64,000 nt of DNA from an uncultured Solirubrobacterales bacterium (lineage in GTDB: Bacteria; Actinomycetota; Thermoleophilia; Solirubrobacterales; 70-9): the NCBI GenBank assembly GCA_963717235.1, contig CAVQVQ010000003.1:310260-374259 (forward strand), written 5' to 3'. A model generated the notes under the pieces. That model had not been told where the DNA came from, did no database searches, and worked only from the letters and a program-made list of their open reading frames with translations. Position 1 is the stretch's first letter. Each line of letters begins with the position of its first letter. The position numbers and the translations under genes were made by a program. Below are positions 28,988 through 40,614 of this stretch, piece after piece.

Positions 28988-29275
28988 ATGCCAGGTCTAA
29001 TCCGAGGAGTTGCCCGTACAGCTGTAGTCGCCGGCACAGCGTCCACAGTCGCAGGCCGGGTCAACCGCCGCCAGCAGAACAAGTGGGCCGAGCAGGACGC
29101 CCAGCAGATGCAGGCCCAGCCGCAGGCGGTACCGCAGCAGGCGGCCCCCGCCGCTCCGGCCGAGCCCGCCGCGGACCCGATCCAGCAGCTCAAGGAGCTC
29201 GGCGAGCTGCACCAGAGCGGCGTACTGACTGACGAGGAGTTCGCCGTCCAGAAGGCCAAGATCCTCAACGGCTGA
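28988..29275 (+). CDS. SHOCT-domain protein
   Basis: C-terminal LKELGELHQSGVLTDEEFAVQKAKIL is a textbook SHOCT motif. Confidence 0.7.
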   Translation: MPGLIRGVARTAVVAGTASTVAGRVNRRQQNKWAEQDAQQMQAQPQAVPQQAAPAAPAEPAADPIQQLKELGELHQSGVLTDEEFAVQKAKILNG

Positions 29276-29314
29276 ACCTCAGCCGGGCCGCCGGTCCGGC
29301 GGCAGGACCATCAC

Positions 29315-29354
29315 GGAGCCCGGTCACGCACGTCGTGGCCGGGCTCCGTCTTTT
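29315..29354 (+). terminator. Intrinsic terminator (ggagcccgg...ccgggctcc stem followed by gtctttt)
   Basis: 9-bp outer stem plus inner cacg/cgtg pairing and a T-tract, 40 nt after the SHOCT gene stop. Confidence 0.7.
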
Positions 29355-29385
29355 CCGCGGCTCCTCCGGTTGTCACAATGGGGTC

Positions 29386-29715
29386 ATGTCCCAGCCCGTG
29401 TCCGAAGCCGAATTCGAGCAGATGGTCGCCGACGCGATCGACAACCTGCCGAAGCAGTTCCGCGACGTGATCGAGCAGGTGGCGGTGATCATCTCCGACC
29501 TCGGGGAAGAGCACCACGCCTACGGCATGTACTACGGCGACGGCATGTCCCGGGACTTCTGGGAGGACCGGATCGTGATCTACCGCGACACGCTGACCCG
29601 CGACTTCGGCCACGACCGCCGGCTGCTCGCTTCCCAGGTCGAACGCACCGTGCGGCACGAGCTCGGTCATCACATCGGCTTCCGCGAAGACGGCGTGCGT
29701 CAGCTGGGCCTCTGA
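29386..29715 (+). CDS. Small zincin-like metallopeptidase family protein (HExxH)
   Basis: MSQPVSEAEFEQMVADAIDNLP... with HELGHH. Start moved to the ATG at 29386 because the ORF-track start lies inside the terminator. Confidence 0.7.
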   Translation: MSQPVSEAEFEQMVADAIDNLPKQFRDVIEQVAVIISDLGEEHHAYGMYYGDGMSRDFWEDRIVIYRDTLTRDFGHDRRLLASQVERTVRHELGHHIGFREDGVRQLGL

Positions 29716-29751
29716 CCGAGCCGGCCGCCCGGCTACAGGTAGTCTCGGCCC

Positions 29752-30210
29752 ATGTCAAAAGCCACGCTCAACACAACCGCCGGACCGGTCACGGTCGAGT
29801 TCTTTGACGAGGACGCGCCGAAAACGGTCGAAAACTTCCGCAAGCTCGCCGCCGACGGCTTCTACGACGGCCTCTCTTTCCACCGGGTGATCAAGGGCTT
29901 CATGATCCAGGGCGGCTGCCCGGAGGGCACCGGCACCGGTGGCCCCGGCTACACCTTCGAGGACGAGTTCAACGACCACAAGGTCGTTCGCGGCGCGCTG
30001 GCGATGGCCAACGCCGGCCCGAATACCAATGGCTCCCAGTTCTTCATCGTGACCACTCCGGCCGCCGACTGGCTCGACGGCAAGCACACGGTCTTCGGCG
30101 AAGTGACCGGTGGCATGGGCAACGTCGACGCGATCGAGAACACCCAGACCGGCCCCGGCGACATGCCGGTCGAGCCCCAGATCATCGAGTCGGTCGAGCT
30201 CTCCGACTGA
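29752..30210 (+). CDS. ppiB: Cyclophilin-type peptidyl-prolyl cis-trans isomerase
   Basis: 152 aa with [24 protein letters not shown] and HTVFG. Confidence 0.95.
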   Translation: MSKATLNTTAGPVTVEFFDEDAPKTVENFRKLAADGFYDGLSFHRVIKGFMIQGGCPEGTGTGGPGYTFEDEFNDHKVVRGALAMANAGPNTNGSQFFIVTTPAADWLDGKHTVFGEVTGGMGNVDAIENTQTGPGDMPVEPQIIESVELSD

Positions 30211-30240
30211 GGAGGACCCCCGGAAGCACCAGGATGGCCG

Positions 30241-30268
30241 CGATCGACGGGCCCGGGACCGTCGATCG
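30241..30268. terminator. Hairpin between convergent genes (cgatcgacgg-gcccggga-ccgtcgatcg)
   Basis: Perfect 10-bp stem read directly. Confidence 0.55.
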
Positions 30269-30291
30269 TCGCCACCTCACTTCGGGCGGGG

Positions 30292-31544
30292 TCAGGCGGC
30301 GTTGCCGTTTCGGGCCTTGCCGCCCACGTTCGAGTCGATGTAGATGACCCGGTCGTCCATCTTCAGCGGCTCACAGCCGGCCTGGCCCGGCCGGTGCACG
30401 ACCTGCCGGGTGATCTCTTTGTTGTCGTCGTCAAGCTCGCCGGTCCCTTCCTCGCGCACGACCGCGATCGCGGTCTGGTCGGCTTCGAGCTCGAGGGCTT
30501 CGCCGGCCCGGGCAACCCGCCGCTCGTTGATGTCGAGCCCGTCGCCGAAGGTCAGCAGGTCGTTGACGATCTTCGCTGCCTCCGGAGCTGAGGCGGCCAT
30601 GCCGAGTATTCGCCCGGCCGAGCTCGAGGAGACGATCACGTGGTCCGCCCCCGAGGCGGCCAGCAGCGCTTCGTTCTCCTGCTCGCGGCAGGAGGCGACC
30701 ACTGTCACATTCGGGTTGAGCGCCTTGACCCTGAGGACGGTGACCACGGAGTCGTCGTCGGAGTTGAGCGCGACGATCACCTTGGCCGCCGACTCGACCC
30801 CGGCACCCTTGAGCACTTCGGTGTCCAGGGAAGAGCCTTTCAGGCCGCCGACGTTCAGGTCGTTGGCGATTTCCAGCGCATCTTCGGAATCGTCGATCGC
30901 CACCACTGACGCACTCGGGGTCGTGGTTCCTCAGGTACTTGAGCGCCGAGCGCCCCTTGATCCCGAAGCCGCAGATGACCGTATGGCCACCCAGGTCCTT
31001 CTGCCAGCTTGCTCCGGCGGAATTTGAGTCTCGATCGTTCAGCCAAGACCTGAAGCGTAGTGCCAACGAGCAATACGATGAAGAGGATGCGGATCGGGGT
31101 CACGACCAGAGTCGTGATCAGGCGGGCTTCCTGGGTTGCCGGCACGATGTCTCCGTAACCCGTGGTGGTGATGCTCACCGTCGCGTAGTAGAGGGCATCG
31201 ACGAAGGTCAGCGGCTCGTCGCCCTGGGAGTCGGTGAAGCCGTCGCGACCGACATAGGTCAGCACGGTGACCAGCAGTACGAGCCCGACTGCCAGCAGCA
31301 GGCGGTATGCGATCGCCAGGACGGGGTCGTCTCCGAGCCTGAACAACTGGCTCAGGCGGCTCTGGTTCCGTCGGCTCAGGTTCAGCCGGTAGCGGTCCTC
31401 GGGGAGGTCGAGCGGACGCGGTGGCTCGCTTTCGTCCGGCGGGTGTGGATTCTTCGCTGCCAAACCATGCCAGCATAAAGCCGCGGCCCGCGCCGCCGGG
31501 ATCGCGGCATCGCAGAGGGCATGCCAGATACCCTGAGAGGCCAT
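30292..31544 (-). pseudogene. Two-TM K+ channel with RCK/TrkA-N domain, interrupted by two frameshifts
   Basis: The pore part with TTTGYGD is in frame 1 (to about 31012). WQKDLGGHTVICGFGIKGRSALKYLRNHDPE is in frame 2 (about 31010-30910). VVAIDDSEDALEIAN...RCK is in frame 3 (30906-30292). The start is uncertain, either ATG at 31544 or TTG at 31463. Confidence 0.6.
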
Positions 31545-33578
31545 GACTGACCCCCTGGCAGCCGGCTTCGACTCCGTTTCCCTCGACCAGTGGCGCGAGA
31601 AGGCCGCCGCCGGCGATACCGAGGCCACCCTGACCAGCGTGGTCGAGCCGGGGATCGAGGCGAAGTGGCTCTACACGGCCGAAGACACGCTCGCTCCCGA
31701 CCCCGCCGGACTGCCCGGGGAGGCGCCTTTCGTCCGCGGTACCCGGGCCGGCCGCCACTGGCAGATCCGCCAGGAGCAGACCCAGCCGGATCGTGGCGCG
31801 GCCAACCTCGAGATCCTCGAAGACCTCAACGGCGGGGTCACCGAGATCACCCTGCGCTTCGGCGGCGAGGCCGAGGGGATGCTGGTGCAGAACCTCGACG
31901 ACCTCTCGGCCGTACTCGACGGTGTCTACCTCGACATGGCCGGGGTCGCCCTCGATGCCGGCTCCGACGCGGTGCCGGCGGCGGCGCTGCTCGCCGCCCA
32001 CTGGCGCGAGAACGGCATCGCGCCCGACCAGGCGCTCGGATCCTTCCGGATCGACCCGCTCGCCGCCCTGGCCAGGGAAGGCTCGCTCCCGTATTCGCCA
32101 GAGACCGGGTTGAAGCAGGCCGCATCGGTTGCGCTCGAGGTCAGCCGCGGCTACGACAAGGTTCGCGCGCTCGGCGTCGATACGAGCGTCTACGCCGAGG
32201 CCGGCGCCACCGCCGCCTGGGAGCTCGGCATCGCGCTCTCGACCGCGCTCGAGCACCTTCGCGCCTGCGAGGAGGCCGGCCTGGAGCCGGCGGATGCCGC
32301 CGCGCAGATCGAGTTCACCCTCGCGGTCGGCCCCGACCAGTTCCTCGAGACCTCCAAGTTCCGTGCCGTTCGAAGGCTGTGGGCGAAGGTGCTCGAAGAG
32401 TGCGGGGTGCCGGCCGACCGGTGCCACTCGGCGACCTACGCCCGCACCTCCGGCCGCATGATCACCTGGATCGACCCCTGGGTGAACATGCTGCGGGTGA
32501 CCACGGCGGCCTTCGCCGCCGGGACCGGCGGTGCCGACGGCGTATCGGTGACCCCGTTCGACGCAGAGATCGGTCAGCCGGGCGGCCTCGGCAGGCGGAT
32601 CGCCCGCAATACCCAGATCGTGCTCCAGGATGAGTCCTCACTGGGTCGGATCGCCGACCCGGCGGCGGGCTCCTGGTACGTCGAGAAACTGACCGACGAA
32701 GTCGCAAGGGCCGGCTGGAACTGTTTCCGCGAGATCGAGGCCGAAGGCGGCGCGCTGGCCGCGCTGCGCTCCGGGTCGATCGCCAGAGCCCTTTCAGAAG
32801 CGGCCGACGTCCGCGAGCAGGAGATGATCCACCGCGGCCGGGTAATGACCGGTGTCAACGAGTTCCCGTTGCTCGGCGAGGACAACACCGAGCCGGTCGA
32901 GGTCGACCGCGAGAGCCTCGCCCGGCTCGACCAGGCCCGTCACGCCGAGCGGCCCGAGATCACCGGCATCGACGACCTGAAGCCGGGGGCCCTGGCCGAC
33001 GCGGCCTCCGGGGAACTGCTGCGACGGGCGACCTCGCTCGCCTCATCCGGAGCGAGGATCGACGAGATCGCGTCGGCACTCTCCGACGGCGCCGGCGACC
33101 GCGGAGCGGCGATCGAGGCGATCGCCCCCAGACCCGACGCGGCACCGTTCGAGCGGCTGCGCGACGCCACCGAAACCCATGAGGACGCAGGCGGTGAGCG
33201 GCCGCGGATCTTCCTCGCCTGCATGGGTCCGATCGCCGCCCACGTCAACTTCGCCAACTGGGCCAAGAGCTTCTTCGAGGTTGCCGGCATCGAGACCGTC
33301 CCGAGCGGCGCTCTCTCCGGGAACGAAGATCAGGCCTCGGCCCTCAGTCAGGGCGGCTTCGAGATGGCGGCGGTCTGCGCGGGTCGCAAGGAGGACCCGG
33401 CCGAGGTCGCCGACCTGGTCGCACGCCTGCGCGAGGCCGGTGCCGGATACGTCTACATGGTCAACTCTTCCCCCGAGATCAACGAAGCGTCGGGTGCCGA
33501 CGAGGTCGTGCGGAACGGGGTCGACATGGAAGCCGTCCTTACGGCGGCGCTCGGGCGCCTCGGAGTGGAGGTGGAGCG

Positions 33579-33582
<4 letters not shown>
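31543..33582 (+). CDS. mutA: Methylmalonyl-CoA mutase small (beta) subunit
   Basis: 679 aa. N-terminal region resembles the mutase barrel, and there is a C-terminal Rossmann-like domain without the DxHxxG cobalamin motif. ATGA overlap with mutB. Confidence 0.85.
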
Positions 33583-35794
<2,212 letters not shown>

Positions 35795-35795
<1 letters not shown>

Positions 35796-36790
35796 TGTCG
35801 GAGCGCGCTTCGGTCGACGAGCTGAAGCAGGGGGTCGTATCCGGTGACCGCGCGGCGCTGGCCCGGGCGATCACGCTGGCCGAGAGCCGCCGCCCCGACG
35901 ACCAGGCTCAGGCCCAGGAGCTGATCGCCGATGTCCTGCCGCGCACCGGCGGGGCGCTCCGGGTCGGTCTGACCGGGGTCCCGGGTGCCGGCAAGTCGAC
36001 TGTGATCGAGGCGCTCGGCCTCTGGCTGATCGAGCGCGGACACAAGGTCGCCGTGCTGGTGATCGACCCTTCCAGCTCGCGCACCGGCGGTTCGATCCTC
36101 GGTGACAAGACCAGGATGCAGCGGCTCAGCATGCACGAAGACGCCTACATCCGGCCCTCGCCCTCGGGGGGAGTACTCGGCGGAGTCGCCAGAAAGACCC
36201 GCGAGGCGATGCTGCTCTGCGAGGCGGCGGGCTTCGACGTGGTGATCGTCGAGTCGGTCGGGGTCGGCCAGTCCGAGGCCGAGCTGGCCGAGCTGGTGGA
36301 CAGCCTCTGCCTGCTGCTGGTCCCCGGTGCCGGCGACGAACTGCAGGGGATCAAGCGCGGCATCATGGAGCTGGCCGACCTGATCGTGGTCAACAAGGCC
36401 GACGGCGACCGCATCCCGCTGGCCAAGCGCGCCCGCGGCGACTACCGCCACGCGCTGCGCATGCTGCCGCCCTCGACCCCGGGCTGGGAGACGCCGGTGC
36501 AGATCGCCTCGGCCACCGAAGGCACCGGCCTGGCCGAGGTCTGGGAGTCGATCGAGAAGCACCGCGCCCTGCTGGAGGAGACCGGCCTGCTGGAAGAGCG
36601 CCGCCTCCGCCAGCAGCAGCGCTGGCTCAGTTCGATGATCGAGGAGGCGGTGCTGGAAGCCTTCCACCGTCGTGATGGGGTCGAGCAGGCGATCGCCGAA
36701 GCCGAGAGGCAGGTCGCCGAAGAGAAGCTGACCGTCCCCCAGGCGACCCTGAACGTGGTCAAGGCCGCCGGCCTCGACCAGCCGAGCTGA
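35795..36790 (+). CDS. meaB: Methylmalonyl-CoA mutase-associated G3E GTPase MeaB/ArgK
   Basis: 331 aa with P-loop GVPGAGKST, ESVGVGQSE and NKADG. Confidence 0.92.
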
Positions 36791-36881
36791 CCCAACCGGC
36801 CACGCCACCGGCCGGGCGGCGCGACTCTCTCGCGCTGAGTTCCCGGGAAGCGGTGGGGTCGACACTCAGGTCTGCCGGATC

Positions 36882-36910
36882 TTGCGTTCCTGTCATGTAG
36901 TGGGTAAAAT
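36882..36910 (+). promoter_or_regulatory. Near-consensus promoter TTGCGT-N17-TAAAAT placed 7 nt before the ATG at 36918 (leaderless transcript predicted)
   Basis: Read directly. There is no SD sequence between the -10 and the ATG. Confidence 0.55.
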
Positions 36911-36917
36911 GACCACT

Positions 36918-37394
36918 ATGGCCTACGTAGTGACGAAGCCGAATGGAAACTGGGAAGCGCGTGAGTCGTTCCGCACTCCCGACGGTCCTCGCAGCCGTAC
37001 CCTGGCCAGCTTTCGGGAGCTGACGCCCGAGGTGCTCGACCGCGTGCGCGGGCGGGCTACGACCGAGGTCGATCCCGAGGATCTGCGCCGCCGCGCGATG
37101 CGGGCAGGAGCTCCGGTGGCCGAACCTGAGGCCGACCGGGCGGCGGCCGCCCTGCTACGGGAGGTCGCCATGGGCAGCCGCCCGCGCCCGGCGCTGGAGC
37201 GGCTGCTCGCCGATACCTTCTCCGGTCGGGGGCCGGCCGTCTCGCACGAGGCCGAGCGGATGAAGCTGTGGACCGGCGCTTCACCGGATGAGCGTGGCGA
37301 GGCGCTGGTCGAACTGCTCGACCTGGGCGATGCGCTGCCGAAGCGCCGCCGCCGCTCCGAATCCAGCTTCCCCCGGATCGACTCCTCCGGATGA
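36918..37394 (+). CDS. Hypothetical 158-aa protein, first gene of a bicistronic module with the nucleotidyltransferase
   Basis: MAYVVTKPNGNWEARESFRTPDGPRSRTLASF... No recognised domain. The stop overlaps the next start (ATGA). Confidence 0.5.
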   Translation: MAYVVTKPNGNWEARESFRTPDGPRSRTLASFRELTPEVLDRVRGRATTEVDPEDLRRRAMRAGAPVAEPEADRAAAALLREVAMGSRPRPALERLLADTFSGRGPAVSHEAERMKLWTGASPDERGEALVELLDLGDALPKRRRRSESSFPRIDSSG

Positions 37395-37945
37395 ATGGCG
37401 AGCCCGGCCTGGCGGAGAAGGTGGTCCGGATTCACGACGCGCTCGATCGCGCCGGGATGCCTCATGCGATCGGCGGGGCGTTGGCCCTCGCCTACTACGG
37501 CGAACCCAGGGTGACGATCGACGTCGACATCAATCTGTTCGTCGCGGCGGAAGAGTTCCCGGAGGTGGCCGGGCTGCTGACTCCGCTCGGTGTGAATGCC
37601 GAGGCCGACCCGCGGCAGGTCGAGCGCGACGGCCAGGTGAGGATCTGGTGGGGGCTCAATCCGCTCGACCTGTTCTTCGAATACGACCCGTTCCACGAGG
37701 CGATGGCGGACGATTCGCGGGTCGTGCCGTTCGCCGATGGGACGATCCCGATTCTCTCTCCCGAGCACCTGATCGTCTGCAAGGCGGTGTTCGACCGGGT
37801 CAAGGACTGGCTCGACATCGAGCAGATGATCATCGCCGTGCCGGAGCTCCGCCACGCCGAGATCGTCAGATGGCTGGCCCGCATCGCCGGCGACGGCGAC
37901 CAGCGGTTCGAGCGATTCGAGCAGGTCTGGCGTGAGAACCGCTGA
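37391..37945 (+). CDS. Nucleotidyltransferase-fold protein (AbiEii/MNT-like signature)
   Basis: IGGALALAYYGEPRVTIDVDINLF matches the G[GS]-x(9-13)-DxD minimal NTase motif. Confidence 0.55.
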   Translation: MNGEPGLAEKVVRIHDALDRAGMPHAIGGALALAYYGEPRVTIDVDINLFVAAEEFPEVAGLLTPLGVNAEADPRQVERDGQVRIWWGLNPLDLFFEYDPFHEAMADDSRVVPFADGTIPILSPEHLIVCKAVFDRVKDWLDIEQMIIAVPELRHAEIVRWLARIAGDGDQRFERFEQVWRENR

Positions 37946-37971
37946 CCGCAGTGGCGGTAGGGTTCGTCCTG

Positions 37972-38679
37972 ATGATCGCTCCTGACGACGTCGAGATCCG
38001 TGTGGTGGCCTGTCTGGTCGAGAAGCAGCGCACCACGCCCGACCATTACCCGCTGACCCTGAACTCGCTGCGGCTGGCCTGCAACCAGTCGACCAACCGC
38101 GACCCGGTGGTCGACTACGACGAGGCGACGATCCGCGCGGCGCTGGGCGAGCTCGGCCGCCGGCGGTGGATCCGCTCGGCCTCGGGCCACACCAGCCGGG
38201 TGGCCAAGTACCGGCACCTGATCGACATCGAACTCAACCTGCCGGAGGACCAGCTTTCGATCCTCACGGTGCTGATGCTGCGAGGCCCCCAGACTCCCGG
38301 CGAGCTGAAGCAGCGGACCGAGCGCCTTCACGGATTCGATGAACTGGGCATGGTTCAGCGCACGCTCGAGGACCTGATCGAGCGCGACCTGGTCGAGCGG
38401 CTCGAGCGCAGGCCCGGCCAGAAGGAAGAGCGCTACCGCCACCTTCTCGGTGGAGGGGACGGCGTTGTTCCCGGGCCGGCCGTCTCCGGCGATGTGGCTC
38501 CGGCCGATCCTCGGGCGCAGCTCGACGAGCTGCCCGGCGAGCCGGATGCGGTCGCCGTCGTGGAAGTGGCCGAACCTTCGGTCGCGGCTCCGCTCGATTC
38601 CGACCGGATCGACCGCCTCGAGCGGGAGGTCGCCGACCTGCGGGCCGAGCTGGCCGAGCTGCGCGACCGCTTCGCCTGA
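37972..38679 (+). CDS. yceH: YceH-family (DUF480) protein with C-terminal coiled-coil tail
   Basis: EIRVVACLVEKQRTTPDHYPLTLNSLRLACNQSTNRDPV... aligns with E. coli YceH as remembered. Start taken at the ATG at 37972. Confidence 0.8.
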   Translation: MIAPDDVEIRVVACLVEKQRTTPDHYPLTLNSLRLACNQSTNRDPVVDYDEATIRAALGELGRRRWIRSASGHTSRVAKYRHLIDIELNLPEDQLSILTVLMLRGPQTPGELKQRTERLHGFDELGMVQRTLEDLIERDLVERLERRPGQKEERYRHLLGGGDGVVPGPAVSGDVAPADPRAQLDELPGEPDAVAVVEVAEPSVAAPLDSDRIDRLEREVADLRAELAELRDRFA

Positions 38680-38858
38680 TCCCGGGCCTCCGGTCGGAGT
38701 GGCAGCATTGCGATCGCGCCGCGGGCTCACGCGCGAACCCCCTTCCGGCCCGGTCCGGGAAAAGATTTCGTCATCGGCGTAATAAACCGTCAGTGGCCCC
38801 GTTGAAGAGATACAAGGGCCCGACCGGGCTGAACAGACGCTGAAGGATGTGAGATCAG

Positions 38859-40568
38859 ATGGAAACCGAATCGAAGAGCTACTCAGGCAGAGCGATCAAG
38901 GCGATTCTCGTCCTGGTGCTGGCCCTGATCGCCGGCGCAGCGGCTTCTGTGGCCCCGGCCTCGGCCAGGTACGAAGCGAAGCTGGCGGCTGACGTCAACC
39001 CCGGGCCCAGCTCTTCGGAGGCCGACGGTCCGGCCACCTTCAAGGGCTGGCTCTACTTCGGCGCCGACGACGGCGAACACGGTCGTGAGCTCTGGCGCCT
39101 CAAGGGCGACCGGAAGCAGCTGGTCAAGGACATCAACCCGGGATCCAGCGGATCTTCACCCAGCTACTTCACGACCCTCGGCGGCAAGCTGTACTTCCGG
39201 GCGAGGACGGCGGACACCGGCTACGAACTGTGGCGCACAGATGGCGAGGTCACCGAGATGGTCGCCGACATCTATCCGGGATCGGACTCTTCCCACCCTT
39301 CGAATCCCGCCCGCCTCGGGGGCAACATCTTCTTCAGTGCCGACGACGGCGTCGACGGACGGGAGCTCTGGCGGACCGACGGAGTCGACACCAAGCAGGT
39401 CACCGACATCAACCCCGGGGCGCCCGGATCGATGCCGGGCGAGATGACCGTGCTCGGCGACAAGCTCTACTTCAGGGCGGACAACGGCCTGTTCGGTACC
39501 GAACTGTGGTGGGCCGACGCCACCGGGGCCTCGCTGCGCGCCAACATCCAGGCGGGAGGAGGCGACTCCAACCCCGCCTTCTTCACCGAGTTCAAGGGGA
39601 TGCTCTACTTCCGCGCGACGACGGCGGCCGGCGGGTACGAGCTCTGGCGGACCGACCCAGGGACCGTCGAGCAGGTCGAAGACATCGACCCCGGTGCTTC
39701 CAGTTCGGACCCCGCCCAGCTCACCGTCCTCGGAGAGCACCTCTACTTCCGGGCGAACGACGGCGTCGCCGGAGCCGAGCTCTGGCGGACCGATGGCCAG
39801 ATGCCGGTCGCGAACACCAGCATGGTCGCGGACCTCAGGCCCGGGGCGGACAGTTCCTCACCCTCCGATCTGACCGCGCTCGGCAATCACCTCTACTTCA
39901 GTGCCGGCGACGGAGTCCACGGCCACGAACCCTGGCGGACCGACGGCAACGTCGTTTCCAGCCTCGGCGACATCGATCCCGGTGAATCGGGCTCGGATCC
40001 GGACGACTTCGCCGGGATCGGCAGCAGGGTGTTCTTCATGGCCGACGATGACACCCACGGCTACGAGGTCTGGACGGTCGCGGGAGGACAGTCGAAACTG
40101 TTCGCCGACGTCCTCGAGGGCTCCCAGGGGTCCGACCCGTACGAGTTCTACGAGTTCCGGGACGAGCTCTACTTCACCGCTGATGACGGCGTTCACGGCT
40201 ACGAACTCTGGAAGATCGGAGAAGCCGATGAGAAGGTCAACCTGAAGATCCTCGGCCGCAAGCTGACGATGAGCGGATCAGGCAAGGTCGCCTTGCGGCT
40301 CCGCTGCCCGGCTTCGGAGCAGACGGGGCCCTGTCGCGGGCGGGTCCAGTTGAAGGCCGGCAAGGCCGGCAGCCTGGCGAGCTCTTCGTTCCGGGTTCCA
40401 TCCGGCAAGACGAAGACGGTTAGGCTCAAGCTGAGCAAACGGTCCCGGAAACTGGTCCGGAACAGTCCGGCGGCGAAGAAGCCGACCGCGGTCGCGAAGG
40501 TCAGGGACGGGGACGGAAACAAGCGCACGGTCCGCAAGCGGGTCCGGTTGACAGCGAGCGGATCCTGA
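38859..40568 (+). CDS. Secreted ELWxxDGT-repeat protein (about 9 repeats) with basic C-terminal CP...GPCRG module
   Basis: Signal peptide is present. Recurring (Y/R)ELWRTDG..T..V.DI.PG..SS.P every 45-50 aa. Paralogue of 43280..45025. Confidence 0.75.
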   Translation: METESKSYSGRAIKAILVLVLALIAGAAASVAPASARYEAKLAADVNPGPSSSEADGPATFKGWLYFGADDGEHGRELWRLKGDRKQLVKDINPGSSGSSPSYFTTLGGKLYFRARTADTGYELWRTDGEVTEMVADIYPGSDSSHPSNPARLGGNIFFSADDGVDGRELWRTDGVDTKQVTDINPGAPGSMPGEMTVLGDKLYFRADNGLFGTELWWADATGASLRANIQAGGGDSNPAFFTEFKGMLYFRATTAAGGYELWRTDPGTVEQVEDIDPGASSSDPAQLTVLGEHLYFRANDGVAGAELWRTDGQMPVANTSMVADLRPGADSSSPSDLTALGNHLYFSAGDGVHGHEPWRTDGNVVSSLGDIDPGESGSDPDDFAGIGSRVFFMADDDTHGYEVWTVAGGQSKLFADVLEGSQGSDPYEFYEFRDELYFTADDGVHGYELWKIGEADEKVNLKILGRKLTMSGSGKVALRLRCPASEQTGPCRGRVQLKAGKAGSLASSSFRVPSGKTKTVRLKLSKRSRKLVRNSPAAKKPTAVAKVRDGDGNKRTVRKRVRLTASGS

Positions 40569-40614
40569 AACAGGAAAGATCGAAGGCAGTGACCCCCGAC
40601 CACGGTGACAGAGA

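Noticed and set aside
38845-38858. TGTGA half-sites just upstream of both ELW genes as Crp-family binding sites
   Set aside because: There is no matching TCACA half-site at the N6 spacing. The similarity is better explained by paralogous SD/leader sequence (GAAGG-N-TGTGA).
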